64,000 bases of DNA from Magallana gigas. Its lineage: Eukaryota. The translations under genes were made by a program, and so were the position numbers. Below the pieces are notes generated by a model that did not search any database, was not told the DNA's origin, and was given only the letters and a program-made list of their open reading frames with translations. The stretch is taken from NCBI RefSeq assembly GCF_963853765.1, contig NC_088854.1, positions 26,536,001-26,600,000 of the forward strand. The letters are read 5' to 3'. Shown one piece after another: positions 25,560 to 38,061 of the stretch (position 1 is the stretch's first letter; every line of letters begins with the position of its first letter).

Positions 25560-28500
25560 CATTTCACAGTTTAACTCGTAATGTACGGATCCTTGATGTT
25601 TTAAGACACCTTTTGAGCATCGAACAAGCTTTTTTTTTTAATGTGTGACTTTACAGTGATCTCGCTCTATATTTCCGGCGATACATTTATAGAGGTAGAT
25701 CAAACATTTGTAATGCGTGTTCTCGCTAATTCAGTATAGATTGCAATACCTGCCTCAGATGATTATTTTTTTTTCATATTTAGCTTAGATCGAGAGATTA
25801 TATAAATTATATTTACATGTACAGGCAAGATCCATACTTTACAGTAAGTAAAATAAAGGAAGAAATTAGAAGAAAAAAAATATACTGGCAAAATTGTTAT
25901 CAAAGATACAGCCTCGTCATTGTGAAATTTATGAACCATGGAAAAAGTCAGATAAAAACATTTATAAAAGAAAAGATATTTATCGTTCGCACATTTGATC
26001 AAATGAAACACAAATCACATTTTACAATGATCTCTCCAAAAGTGTATGTACTTCGTAATTTTTTTTACACCTAAAAATATGTATATAGGATGAGTTCACG
26101 ATAGTTCCTGACGCCGTTTGTGTAAAGTATAGTATGCATATAAAAGTATTCTATGGACTTAAATTGCATTAAAATTTGAACAACTGGTTTCCCGATAGTG
26201 CCAAACGAACCCCCCCCCCCCCAAAAAAAAATAAAAAAAAAAAAAATCAGAAATGATAAAGAGAATTAACTGGGTTTTTTTTCAAAATTATTTTGGTAGA
26301 CGTAGAGTAAAAACATTTTAATCTTATCTTAATCTCTTGTAGCACTCACGATCATAATATCATAACGTTAGCATATAATGATTATCGATAATTAAATCAT
26401 CATTTATATGTATTCTGTCTTGTTTTAATAGATATATCTATTTTTTGTCTGCATTGAATCTTAAACTTACACACAATGAAAATCCAGGGATTGCGAAAAA
26501 AAGGGGGGGGGGTATATGTAGGTGGCATCACGCAAATGTAGTTTACGTCAAATATTTATAGGTTGTTTTAGGTGGGTTTTTTATGATTTACAGAGGCATT
26601 GTAATTATATCAGGTTTTCGGGCTGGGTCTAATTTTTTAAATCTAAAATGATTAGATTATCATTGCCATGTCTTTATTTGCCATCTTCCGATCAAAAATA
26701 ACATTCAATCTATCAATAACTTTTCCGCACAAGGTTTTTATTGTTTACACCACGTCAAAGCTTAGAAAAAAATTATATTCCAGACTTTACACGCCTGGCT
26801 CTTAATACAGACATATATGATAAATCATAGTAAATTTGATTACCTTATAAATCTAATGACTGCACTTTCACGTACATTACATAACCTGTCATTAATAAGT
26901 AAAAATCTTATCTTCCATTAATTATCTTTATCGTAGATAAATTGTAAAATCATGACATATCATTTTTTTTTTGTGGTTACCTGTAAATTTGTTGTTCAAA
27001 CTTCATTTCAATGCTAATAAACTCAACAAGCTCCCCTATCACGAAAAATTAATACCACAACATAAAAAAATCAAAGTCTTCCGCCAAAATACATAAAATA
27101 AGATCTATATCTTGGGGTTTATCTTCGCGGGGTTCTCGGTAGACCCCCTTGGCGATTAGCTCAAACAAGTAGGTAAAAATATTGTTACTTTTAGGGAAAC
27201 ACGTTGAGATTGAATTACCGGACAATAAAATAAGATTTGCTTAGATTTGGAGTTGGTCCTGTAGACGCTACCAATCATTTGATTTAATAGAACTTCTTAA
27301 TGAACACGGCAAACAGATGTGTTGACATTGATCAAATAATCCTTTGCCCCCTCTCTTGACTTAGTATTACGTATTCTCGTTTGATCGACAAAAATCAGGG
27401 AGGCCACATTCCGATGAAAAACATAAATTTGTAAAATCCGAATAATTCCAAGCTCATCGGGGAGAACTGGGCTTGCGCAGTGTGAGTGCGGGTTGAAGTA
27501 TTAGTTTGACACCGCCGTAAAGATGACAAGATTGACAGGAGGAAACTTACATAGGGAATTTCTCCGGGCAGGGGGTCTATACGGAGAAACTAGTAATCTG
27601 TACTTAAACTTATATGTATTGTATGTAGACTGTGAATGGAGTTTTTTTAAAGGTATACCAAGGCCAGGTGTCGGTTAGGTTAACCTTGGTATAAGATTAA
27701 AATCCTGCGGATTCCAGTTGCGAATTCCCACAAACACCATTATGCAAGAGGTCATGAACTGAGAGCAAAGGTTGACATGTAACAACTTAAACGGACAAAC
27801 ATTGATTTTTTCTGTGATATTGAGAAATTCAACCCCCTTGTTTTAAAATAATTTTAAACGTTTTTTGTTAATATTTAAGCCCGTTCACTTTTTAAATACG
27901 TTTATCTAAGTTTACCCGGTTATTCATTTTATTTCAAAATGAGTGTAATTTATTATAATCGTGGATGGTTTGTATTTGGAAGTATATACTGCTATGCTCA
28001 CTAATTAATCAATTCTCGAATAATTTTTCGTAGGGAATTTAAAACAAAAACCTAATAAAGTTGTTGCTAATTTCATTTTTTTTAAATAAGGGATTAATTG
28101 TTATTTGGGGTTTAAATGCCTCCCTCGCATCAATTAATCATACCGATTGACTTTAATTTTGCAGTGTAATATGCTATGAAAAAGTTTAAATGAACTTTTA
28201 CGAAGATAATTGAAGATAAAATAGTTTTGGTTAACCGAAAATGGATTTTTTTGTCTATAAATTCCGAGTTATCCTTTTTCTAATAAACTGTTAGCTTTGT
28301 TTTCCTAGTGAAAAGACACATGTCAAATGGATTTGCTTTTTGTTTAAATCATCTAACACACGCCCACTACCCCCCCCCCCCCCCCCCCTTACTAACGCAT
28401 ACATTTCATACATTTGGAGGAACACATGGATTTCTCTTTTAATTGTACCCGCATATCTGATTTTCTAACGAAGCGTTGCTATATATTGCAATTTCTTTAA

Positions 28501-31500
28501 CACATCGTTTGATAACATAGAGTAACGTTAGTTTCAGATAAAAACCTTGAATAAGAATTATCCGTTTTTACAAGTTTGAGTTAATTCGCTGTTATGCATG
28601 TACCATTGCAATCCGCATTTGCAATTTCCTTTGTATGTACTTAGTTTACCTTAAAATATTTCTTCCTTACAATAATGCTATAGGAAAACGATAAAAGTTT
28701 TATTTTAGACCACATATGCAATTTCAAAAAGGTTTTTTTTATTGTGAATTTGCAAATCTAATTCTAACTTTTATAACATCATAAAAACGTTTTAATAGTT
28801 GTTGCATTCTTTTTCCTTTTGTCCTCCTTCTTTTCAAATTATTTTTGATATCTTTATATCATTTATCATTAGCTTTAAATGCTTTTTGCTAATGATCTGC
28901 ACTCGTTTTTCATCATTATAGACATAAAAATTCATGATTCAACATAAAAATGAAATCAATAATTTTTATGCACCCAATACCAGTTGGAGAGGTGGGACTT
29001 TCGGAAAGTCTTTTGTGTTTATTAACATTCAATAATCTCAAGAATGTTTTATAAAAGTATTATCAAAAGCACGTCCCTGGGCTCATAAAGTCGTAATATC
29101 ATAATAAAAAGTGACTTCTGTAAGTTTAAGTATCAAGGAAATCATGTATAAGATATGATCTCTTGTCCTCCCAGTAAATTACTGCATTAATTTTACATAT
29201 CTCACACTAATTCTGTCCATTAATTATGGTTTTTTTCTTGCGGTTTTTCAACCTTTGTTAAAAAGAAAACGATTGCTTCTTGGTTTACCATCCATGCAAT
29301 ATGATTAGCCGATGGAAGTAGGGGCTATGACAGAAATTAGACGGCAGAACACCTCGTTAGGGCAGTACAATTTTGGTAATTGATATTTCCTAATTATCTA
29401 CTTTTTTACGAAGGTTATAGGAACTACTGCTAATGTACTAAATAGCAGTAAGAAACAAAATCTGAAAAGCCGAGTGTCTGTAATAAGTACAGTTCTGTAT
29501 GGTATTTTGAAATATTTGCATATCTAGTCAAATTAGTTTTTTTTTTAAATTTGGAGAACAAAAACCCAAATGTAAATGATAAAGGGATAAAATCTGTGAT
29601 ATTTATATCGTCAATAGTGCCCTTATTAACGCTGTATCAACGCTTTACTAATCTCACATTGAAAACCTTGCCATTTCAAATACCACACCTGTGCAGAAAA
29701 ATTTAATCAAAGTAAAACATTGCATACATAATGCAAATTGACAATAGTTATTAGAATGAAATAGCATATTCATTGTTGGAATCAAGTTTTTTGTGCTGCG
29801 AAAAAAAAATAATAATGGGATGGGTTTTTTTTTCAATTAACTAGGTGCGTGGTCCTTTTTTTATCAATGCTACATTATAGCTCCTGCATATTGCGAATCA
29901 CATATTGATCAATATATTATGTTTATATATTGTAATTTTTACCTGCATATGATTATCATTTTCTGTATATAATGATCATAAATTTGTCATACAATTGAGA
30001 AACATAAGACCATACGGTGTTTTTTTTCCTCAAAAAGATTCAAGCTAGATTATTTGTATAAGTATAGATGCTTTTAAATGTTATTCATAATTCATATGAG
30101 TTTTAACACTAGATAAATATTCAAATCAAAACCTACAACGAAAATATATAATACTATACCGGAAAATAATTCATATATATTTTTTCCTGCTTAAGAAATG
30201 TTTCGTTCATGTTTAATGGGCATACGTATCGTTTTTGAGCTTTTCCATTTACTATTTCCTCAATTTCTTTACATAAAAGTGCACAAAAAGTGCCAAATTA
30301 TCAACAAAATTTAGAGAGTTACTAAAGTCTCAACTCCATTATTTGAAATAAAAAAACATCCACCTTCTCCACTGACCTCAAGATATCAAAATACGTCGTT
30401 AAAAAAACCAAATTTTAGCTAAAACGTCATCTCGAAAGAAACACACCAAAGCGAGCCATACGTATCAAAGTATTTCAGTGGTTTACGCCAAAGCTTTTTT
30501 GTATAGGGACCCTTCATCCCCGTCGCTCATTTTTTGTGTCATGAAAAATGACTTTTTTCTGCTTTAATTATTACAGTAATGATGATTGTTTCATTTGTCT
30601 TGTGTTGAAAGGTATATTTAGACGAAGTTGAAGTTTCCGGAGACGTGGATGTCAGTGTTCCATCCCTTAAGAATTTTTCAATAATCACGTTATATTTTGT
30701 TGTGTTATCATTTCACAGGTAAATAGAAATTTCTCATCATGACAAATTAAAATAAAAGGAATTTTATATTATTCCCAGAAAAAATTATCCAAATTTTTAA
30801 TGCAAACATTTTTAGTAGTTTATTGAGCCTGTCAAAAAACAACAAATTTTCGCGTTATGGAAAAAAATCATGAATTTGTTAAAAAGAGATCATGACAATG
30901 GGCATTTTATGGTCATAAAATATGTGTGTTACTGTGTTAATTAATTATAATCCGTGTACAATTAGATCATTTTCTTTATAACGATATGCAAAGTAACAAA
31001 AAAAAAACGCTCTTCATTCCGTTCATAAATAATGAGCACTTTACCTATACTAGGATAAAGGTGGGAAAACACAAATCTTATTCTGAAAATGTCCATTGCA
31101 AGTAAGCTTGTGCGGGTTTACTGCGTGCATTTTTTCTCACTTATCCTAGAACGTTCAGAAATCGAGAAATTTAAACCAGGAACCAATTGTGATAGGTTAA
31201 AATAGACTTGTTTGTATATGTAAGTAAATTAGTGCCGTAAATTACCGATTGAATAACCTTTTTTACTGTTATATAAGATGTGACTCTTTCTTTATCATAT
31301 TTATGTAAGACTGTCGATGACGTTTGTGTATATGCTAAATGACCATATAAGGAATAAATTCATGCTTCTCGATAATTAATCTTCTCTCAGGTTAATCAAA
31401 CATGTATATGTAGAGTCCAATGACGAGTTTTTAAAATACGTATCTCCAAGGTCATGCAGATTACAAGCTTTGAAATGTTAGAGTGATAATGATAATTATT

Positions 31501-32492
31501 AGGATAATCATATGTATTAAATGATAAGTTTTGTGGCTATTTAATGATTACTTTCGTGAGCAGTTATTTTTAAAAGTTTGAAGAATGCAATGCTAATATT
31601 TCTATTTTAGATAATTGCACATGATAATTACGGAAAACAGAACGTCAAAAAACGAAAAGCGGAAAAGAAAATATCACGTTCATACGCATGTCTAGTTGAA
31701 ACATGCAAGATTTTAAATTTTAAAATGCACTTATTTTAATGAAAATAGGAAGAAATAAAAGTCAAAGTCAGAATATGCAATTAAAATCTCGTTACATGAT
31801 TCTCTAAGAAAAGGTAGCGAGAGGGAAATTAAAATCCCAGTGACAAATTTAAGAATGGAATACTGCCATGTATCAAAACGATAACATATGTATAGTTGTC
31901 ATCATGACTGCAAATTATCATAATTACAGAAAAAAATACAGTAAAGTTTATACTTTTTTATTTATTTCATTAAAAGTTTCAAGTTGCTTACGAAAAAGAA
32001 ACGTCCAAGTCTATGGTTCATCACTTGTTCAGGAAGCGATTAAAATTTTTCTGAAGTATCGCCTGTATAATTTCAACATTCATTTTATTCTGTATCGAAT
32101 TAATTAAGTTTTACTTTAAAGGGAGTTATAAATGATAAAGTCTTAAAAGTACATAACAAAATAACAATAACATTTGTATACATTGTTGGCGGCCGCATTA
32201 CCAACGAATCTCATTGGGCATAACAGTATCATTTAAATAAAGTTGATTAAAATAAACTTTTAATTTTAAATGCTTGCAAGGTCTAAAACATCTTTTAAAC
32301 ATCTCTTAAACCGTGGTTAGAAACTAAATCTATTTATGAAGCAGTTTGAAATTCCAAGTTTCAATAAAATATAAATCAAATGATTGTCAACATGTACGCA
32401 GAAAAGCTAACGAATTTCTCTCTGCGTAAAAAAAATCGGTCGAAGATAATATTGATACATTGAGAAAATGCTTGGTAGAGAACTTTGAGTGC

Positions 32493-33004
32493 TTAGTTCC
32501 AAGAAATTTCAGTCTTATTGAATCCACAATTATTATACTCTATCCCGAGTTTTTGCTTCCACCACTTTTTGCTTGATATTTCAGTATTAGTAAATACCTT
32601 TGTGCTCAAACTACGTTCATCCACTAATATGAAAAATATCCAGATTATCTGTTTTTCAAACGCCCCCTCTACCGCTTCAGGTTTCAATAAACATCCAAAA
32701 ATAGAAAGTCTACGGAGATTTTGCATTGCATCAGCCATTAATAAGCCCGGATGATAACGTTAAAAAATTGCGCGAGGTATCCCGAGTACTTCCGAATGGA
32801 GAAAAGATGTAAACATTTCCCATTATAAATCTCCGTAAGAAAATTGTTTTCGTTCCAGTGAAAAGGGGATAATTGTTCAATGAAGATATCTTGGATGTAT
32901 TCCCTTTCATCGATTTCAATTGCATTTCTTTCACAGGTATATGTATTTTTATTAAAAATCATCAAAAATTGATGAGGCAATAACTTGGGACAGACTATAG
33001 TCAC
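32493..33004 (-). pseudogene. Possible frameshifted coding segment (two abutting ORFs, about 170 aa if joined), product unknown
   Basis: ORFs 32738..33004 and 32493..32738 join by one extra nucleotide at about 32760 (AQFF-K-RYHPGLLMADAMQNL). No family recognised. Confidence 0.25.
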
Positions 33005-36000
33005 AAATGTATGGAGAGAATGGGTTAAGTTAAAAATCTTGTTCCCAATCTCACTGAATCTAAAACCTGTAATTTAAAAGAATGCTTAAATCTTTATGAT
33101 ATTAAAAAACTGAATAATACCTTAGCACTTGTTATTTAATTCACGTCGCTACTGGGATCATTAGTAAAGGTTTGTAAATATTTTCTAGAATAAAAATTAT
33201 AAAATGTTAAAACATAGTCAATATATTATACCACAAGATATGATAATTTCATTTAGCACAATAAAACATAATTATCTTATTCTGACAACCTGATAAATCA
33301 GAATGAGTTACATAAGATCAAATTTGGTGTTCCTCGTCAACCTTTATTTTAAGTATGCATTTTTATTGCAAAGTCCTTTCAATCTTTCGGTTGATTTCAA
33401 CTTCATTGACAAAAACCATTTTCTTTTCAGGAACTCACAAATAACTTTTAAGGAATGCAAACTATTTCAGTTACAGACTGTTTATTTTATAAGCAATCAT
33501 AAAAAATAAGAACCCTAAATAATCCACAAATGTCACATGTGTCAAAGATGTAAACTCATTACTCTTTTATTTAACGGTAGATTCGTTTCAAAACTGTTCT
33601 ATTTTGATGCTAGTATTGCAAAGCGTCAGAGACAATTTCTATTTTAGCAAGACGAAATAACCTGAGACTTTAAATAATGTAAAAGAATGAAAATCAAACA
33701 TTCAGTATCAATCAATACCTATATGTTTACAATTTGAACATAACATGTTGGTATATATGTTGTTTTTTTTCAAATTGCTTCCATGGCTTAAATATAATTC
33801 TTTCAAATGTTTTTTTAATCCACAAGATTAACTCTTTTATGCAACTCTTCCCCTCAACTTTGTAAAATTGTTTACAATATATGCACTCTTTTCTTATTTA
33901 CAACGTATTTATTGTACGAACCATACTTATTGTTCAGGTACATTTATAAATGAAATCGTTTCTGTTTTTACACAACCAGTGTTGTCTAGTAAGCTCTTTT
34001 ACATAAAATGTAATGATGAATTATGCGTACTTGTAATAAAATTACCGCAGAAGATTTATGCTTTTGAAGAAAAAAAACATTCTACATATATTTACTTTCT
34101 TTATCATCTGGGGGACATATTGATTTATTATGTGCCTAATATTACGGAAATTACATAAGCATTTTGTTTGAATTTCACGTGTACTTGGTTAGGTAAGATA
34201 AGGAATGCCAAATCGATTTCATCGTAAATATTAAAGGGTCAGTTGATTTACGGCTCGCTACTACCACAAAGACGATTTAAAAGGAAGTTTTCAGCCCAAC
34301 ATCTTTTAAAAAATACATATATATGTATCTGATAGTGGTGTCAGGTTACAAGCATACCATATGTCGTTTCTTTCCTTGAATCTAAAACCTCAAGGTTAAG
34401 TTATTTTGACGTGTCGGTATTCCGAGGTTTTTGACAGTGTAATGCCAGACATAGAGAGTAGTATAGCCAAGTGCGCTTTCTTCAGCAAAGGTACAGTGTG
34501 TCTGGCAATCGCATTAAGTAAATAATGAATTAGATAAGTTTCGTTTTAATATCTCTTAATGCTATTAGTATATGTCTAATATCTAATTGACACTGTTGAC
34601 GGTTCTCCATGAAATCCTTAAAGACAAGGAAAAGGATATTCATTAGATATTTGTTTTAATTAATCAGGATGATTTATTTTCTAAAAGCTGTCTTCAATTT
34701 TTTAAACTGCGTTCTATAAGTTACATTTGTCGCTTCGATGAAAACACAAAAGAAGCTCTACGTTATCATTTCAACAATTTATCTGAAACATATGCTAAAT
34801 ACAGATAGACATACATATAAGGAGGGGGGGGGGTTGACTGTAAATTGTTTTAATTATAAAATCGATAAAGTTAACATATTTGCATGTTTGTACATCTTTT
34901 ATCTTCCTATCAGGAGGTAACAATTTTAATAATTTTAATCTATCTTGATTAGTTAATAAGATTGAGGAAAATTAGAACGATTTGTAAACCCTTTGTCCTT
35001 CCGAAGTTTTTTATATGGGAACTGGGCATTTCTTAATTGTTGATAACATGAAAAAAGTGCTAGTCACTTTGCTTATCTATACCTAATGTTTATATTGATT
35101 GCCTGAATATATATAGAACATCCATTCATAATTTTTTTTGGACATTGTCTAGTGATAAATTGCGAAATATATAATTATGAAACAACACTCATCAAAGCAG
35201 GTCTCCATTTAGAGACAATAATTGTGTGTAATTTATGCCAGTTCATGATAGATAAACAATCAATGAACCTATTTTATTCAATAAAGTGAGACCTTAATTC
35301 GCATTGCCTTGTCAATATACATTGCATAAATCAATCAATCGGTCGTTATAAGTGTTTTTGTGAGACATAATTAAATGTTCACGCCTCTACCAACCTTTGT
35401 TGAAATGTGTTAATTCATCCCTTGACGAAAGTATGGTATTCTTAGTCGTTGTTGATTGCAATCACTCATTTGTTAATTTTTGTCTTTTTTATCCAGAAAA
35501 TATGAACTCGCAATCTGAATAGAAAGATCATATGACCATGAAAACCTGATAATATTGAAAGATTTGCTGCATCGAAAACCAAGTTTTGGCCACAAGATTT
35601 TTGCACAGCAAATAACAATGCAACAGTTTTCATTTCAAATGATAAGTCCATCCAGTAAATTATGATCATTTCAAAGCTAAGCAAAGAATACGGAAAAAGA
35701 CGTTGTTATAGTTTTATGTCGTTTTAATAAATTAATCAACAACAAAATAACATTAGATAACAAAACATGGAATTCAGTGATCAAAAAAGTTCAATAAATT
35801 AAGTTACAATAGAACAAAAGTATTGCACATGCCACAACATTCTTATCCTGCAATGTTCTTGCTACGAAAAAGTCTCATATTGCAAATTACTACAATTTGC
35901 TGCTGTCTTTTCATATTCGGTTAACTTTAAGTCAGCAATTTATCGAGTACAGTGAAAACACCGTCCTTTGCATCTGTAGCGAAAGTTTGAGGACATTTCG

Positions 36001-36149
36001 AAGGAGGTCCCAATCATTTGTATATCCATTGAATTTCCACGAAATGATAGAGTTAGTTCTTCAGTTGCATAGTGAAGAGGACCACGTCCTATTTTCCTCC
36101 CGTGGGGCACGAGGAACTATATAGTCTTATGTCAATGATTTGCCATCAA

Positions 36150-36341
36150 TCACTCCGAAGGTAGCATGGTGCTGTGCCATACTTTGGGTACATCTGCAAC
36201 CTTGCGTAAGGTGGAGAACCCATTGCAGGATCTAAAGAATCCTTCATTGTTTACAGTAGAGGATGGTGTTATTCTCTGGAAGCAGCTTCCATCCTCCTCG
36301 GCAAGAACCAGACTGAAGTTTCTTGGAAGTACGATTGCCAT
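36150..36341 (-). CDS. Unidentified 63-aa small ORF (MAIVLPRNFSLVLAEEDG...HSTMLPSE) downstream of a TATA/Inr core promoter
   Basis: AAATCAAACATGG start context, GC-richer island than flanks, TATATAAG about 90 nt upstream. No homology recognised. Confidence 0.4.
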   Translation of the reverse strand: MAIVLPRNFSLVLAEEDGSCFQRITPSSTVNNEGFFRSCNGFSTLRKVADVPKVWHSTMLPSE

Positions 36342-36404
36342 GTTTGATTTCTCTGTCGCAAACTTAATCCAGGCAGAATGTTTTATCAGATCGTGAGTGT
36401 GTTT

Positions 36405-36461
36405 ATTTGATGAAAGTCTGAACTTGTCGCTCTTATATACCGTTGGTGAAACCCCACGTGG
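36405..36461 (-). promoter_or_regulatory. TATA box plus initiator-like site and palindromic E-box
   Basis: Minus-strand TATATAAG at 36439-36432, TTTCATC about 29 nt downstream (A at 36411), CCACGTGG at 36454-36461. Confidence 0.45.
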
Positions 36462-38061
36462 TCGTAATCAAGAATTTATGACAAGACCGTTTTTACTGGC
36501 AAATCGTTAGCATACCTTTCGCGACAGCCCAGCCCACTTAGTTTGACTGGCATCTGGCGCGTGTCGCATAACTTTCTCCGAGGCCCTGTGTAAGTGCATG
36601 ACGAGGGAGAAAATAGCATTGCGGTTTAAATCAAAAATTACGATCGGAATATGGAACAATGGAATAGAGCACACAATCAAAATTGTACCAACCCCTTCTT
36701 ACTGTAGGCTAATACCATTTATTAATCCTAAAACAAAGCATATTGTGTATTCTTCAATGATTCGACAAATAGTTTAGAATGGGAAGAATGAGGATGAAAT
36801 GCTGTGTAAGGCAGTGGAATGCTTAAACTTCCTATGCACTTCCGTAACAAAGCTTTTCGTGTTTTTTTTATTGATATAATGTTTACAAATTACTACATTC
36901 GATCGTAATTACCAAAAAAGGTATCGGTTAGAATATTTCAACTTAAACTCATCGATTTACTTACAGGTTAATATATGTTACACACAATAAACACAGACAC
37001 ATAAAACATCGTCCATAAAATATTTTGCATGATATATTTATATAGTAAAGAAATCATTTTTAATAACTCAATGTCTTTTTAAATGAATGTGATTTTGTAA
37101 GCTTTTTAATGCAATGAAATAACTTTTTTGGAAATATAAAGTTCTGTATCTCTCTCTCTCTCTCTTCGCTGATAAATGTTCATTAAATTCACTGTATATG
37201 AGCGCAGGAGCTATTTTCGTATTCAAATTTGGTTTGAATTGTCTATCACTTATTAGAATATAATTAAATGTCGAGAAACATTCGGGTATTATACGATCGA
37301 TTCGTCTGACTTTTCAAAACAAAAGACTAGACTTTAACTAGAATAATAATAGAATTTCCAATGAATCATCTTATCTGATATGAAATACGACGTGACTATA
37401 GTAAACAATATTTGTTTTCTAATTAATTGAGTTTTTCTCTCCGTCGAGAGCGTGAAATTATAGATGCAGAATATCAATTCAAATGTCAAACAAATAACAT
37501 TGTTTAAGAACCTTACACGCAGTTCTCCCTTAAAATCCAAAAAAAAAAATAATAATAATTTAGCAGACTTGTTAAATCTAGACTTTCTTTAAAAAATGCA
37601 TTTTCAAATCATGCATTTTATATTTACATTAATCAAATAAGATTCCCTTTACTTCTTACAGAAATTGATTTTGATACATAGCTCTGTAGAAACTGACTGG
37701 ACTAAAATCTACATGACCCGTTTCTTGATTGGTCGAAACCTTCTTCAATTAATGAAAAGTCACGGACTACACAAAAAAGGTATGTTGATGTCAGACTCAA
37801 ACTCTTTTAGAAGACCATTTGGTCTTTTTTTTGTTTTTTACCGAACATTCTAAATATGTACATTGGCAATAATTTAATAAATTTTACTTACTTTTAACGA
37901 TCAATTTATTACTTTGTTAAAAGAAAGATACATAATATAAACATAAAAATGCTTTCTGTTGGGAATCATTATATATTTTTTTCTGCAGTGCTGCTACCTT
38001 CAAACAAGCAAACACTCATAGCAATTTTTAAGTAAATTACAGTACCTGCATTGCGACTAAC

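Noticed and set aside
27554-27565. NF-kB-like site GGGAATTTCTCC
   Set aside because: Single short motif with no identified target gene; expected by chance in 64 kb.
15019-29710. One long minus-strand gene chaining segments near 29700, 27590, 15827 and 15043
   Set aside because: Phases can be made to fit, but the peptide is unrecognisable and the segments were picked by eye from many possible splice sites.
32755-32770. Programmed -1 frameshift at UUUUUUA
   Set aside because: The heptamer is in the frame of ORF 32731..32934 and a -1 slip leads to a stop within a few codons; it does not join the two long ORFs.
35930-36341. Small heat-shock protein, antizyme or E2/UEV identity for the 36-kb ORF region
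   Set aside because: Motif spacing is about 20 residues too short for alpha-crystallin, there is no UCC-UGA antizyme shift site, and the PRNF and GPP matches are isolated and in different frames.
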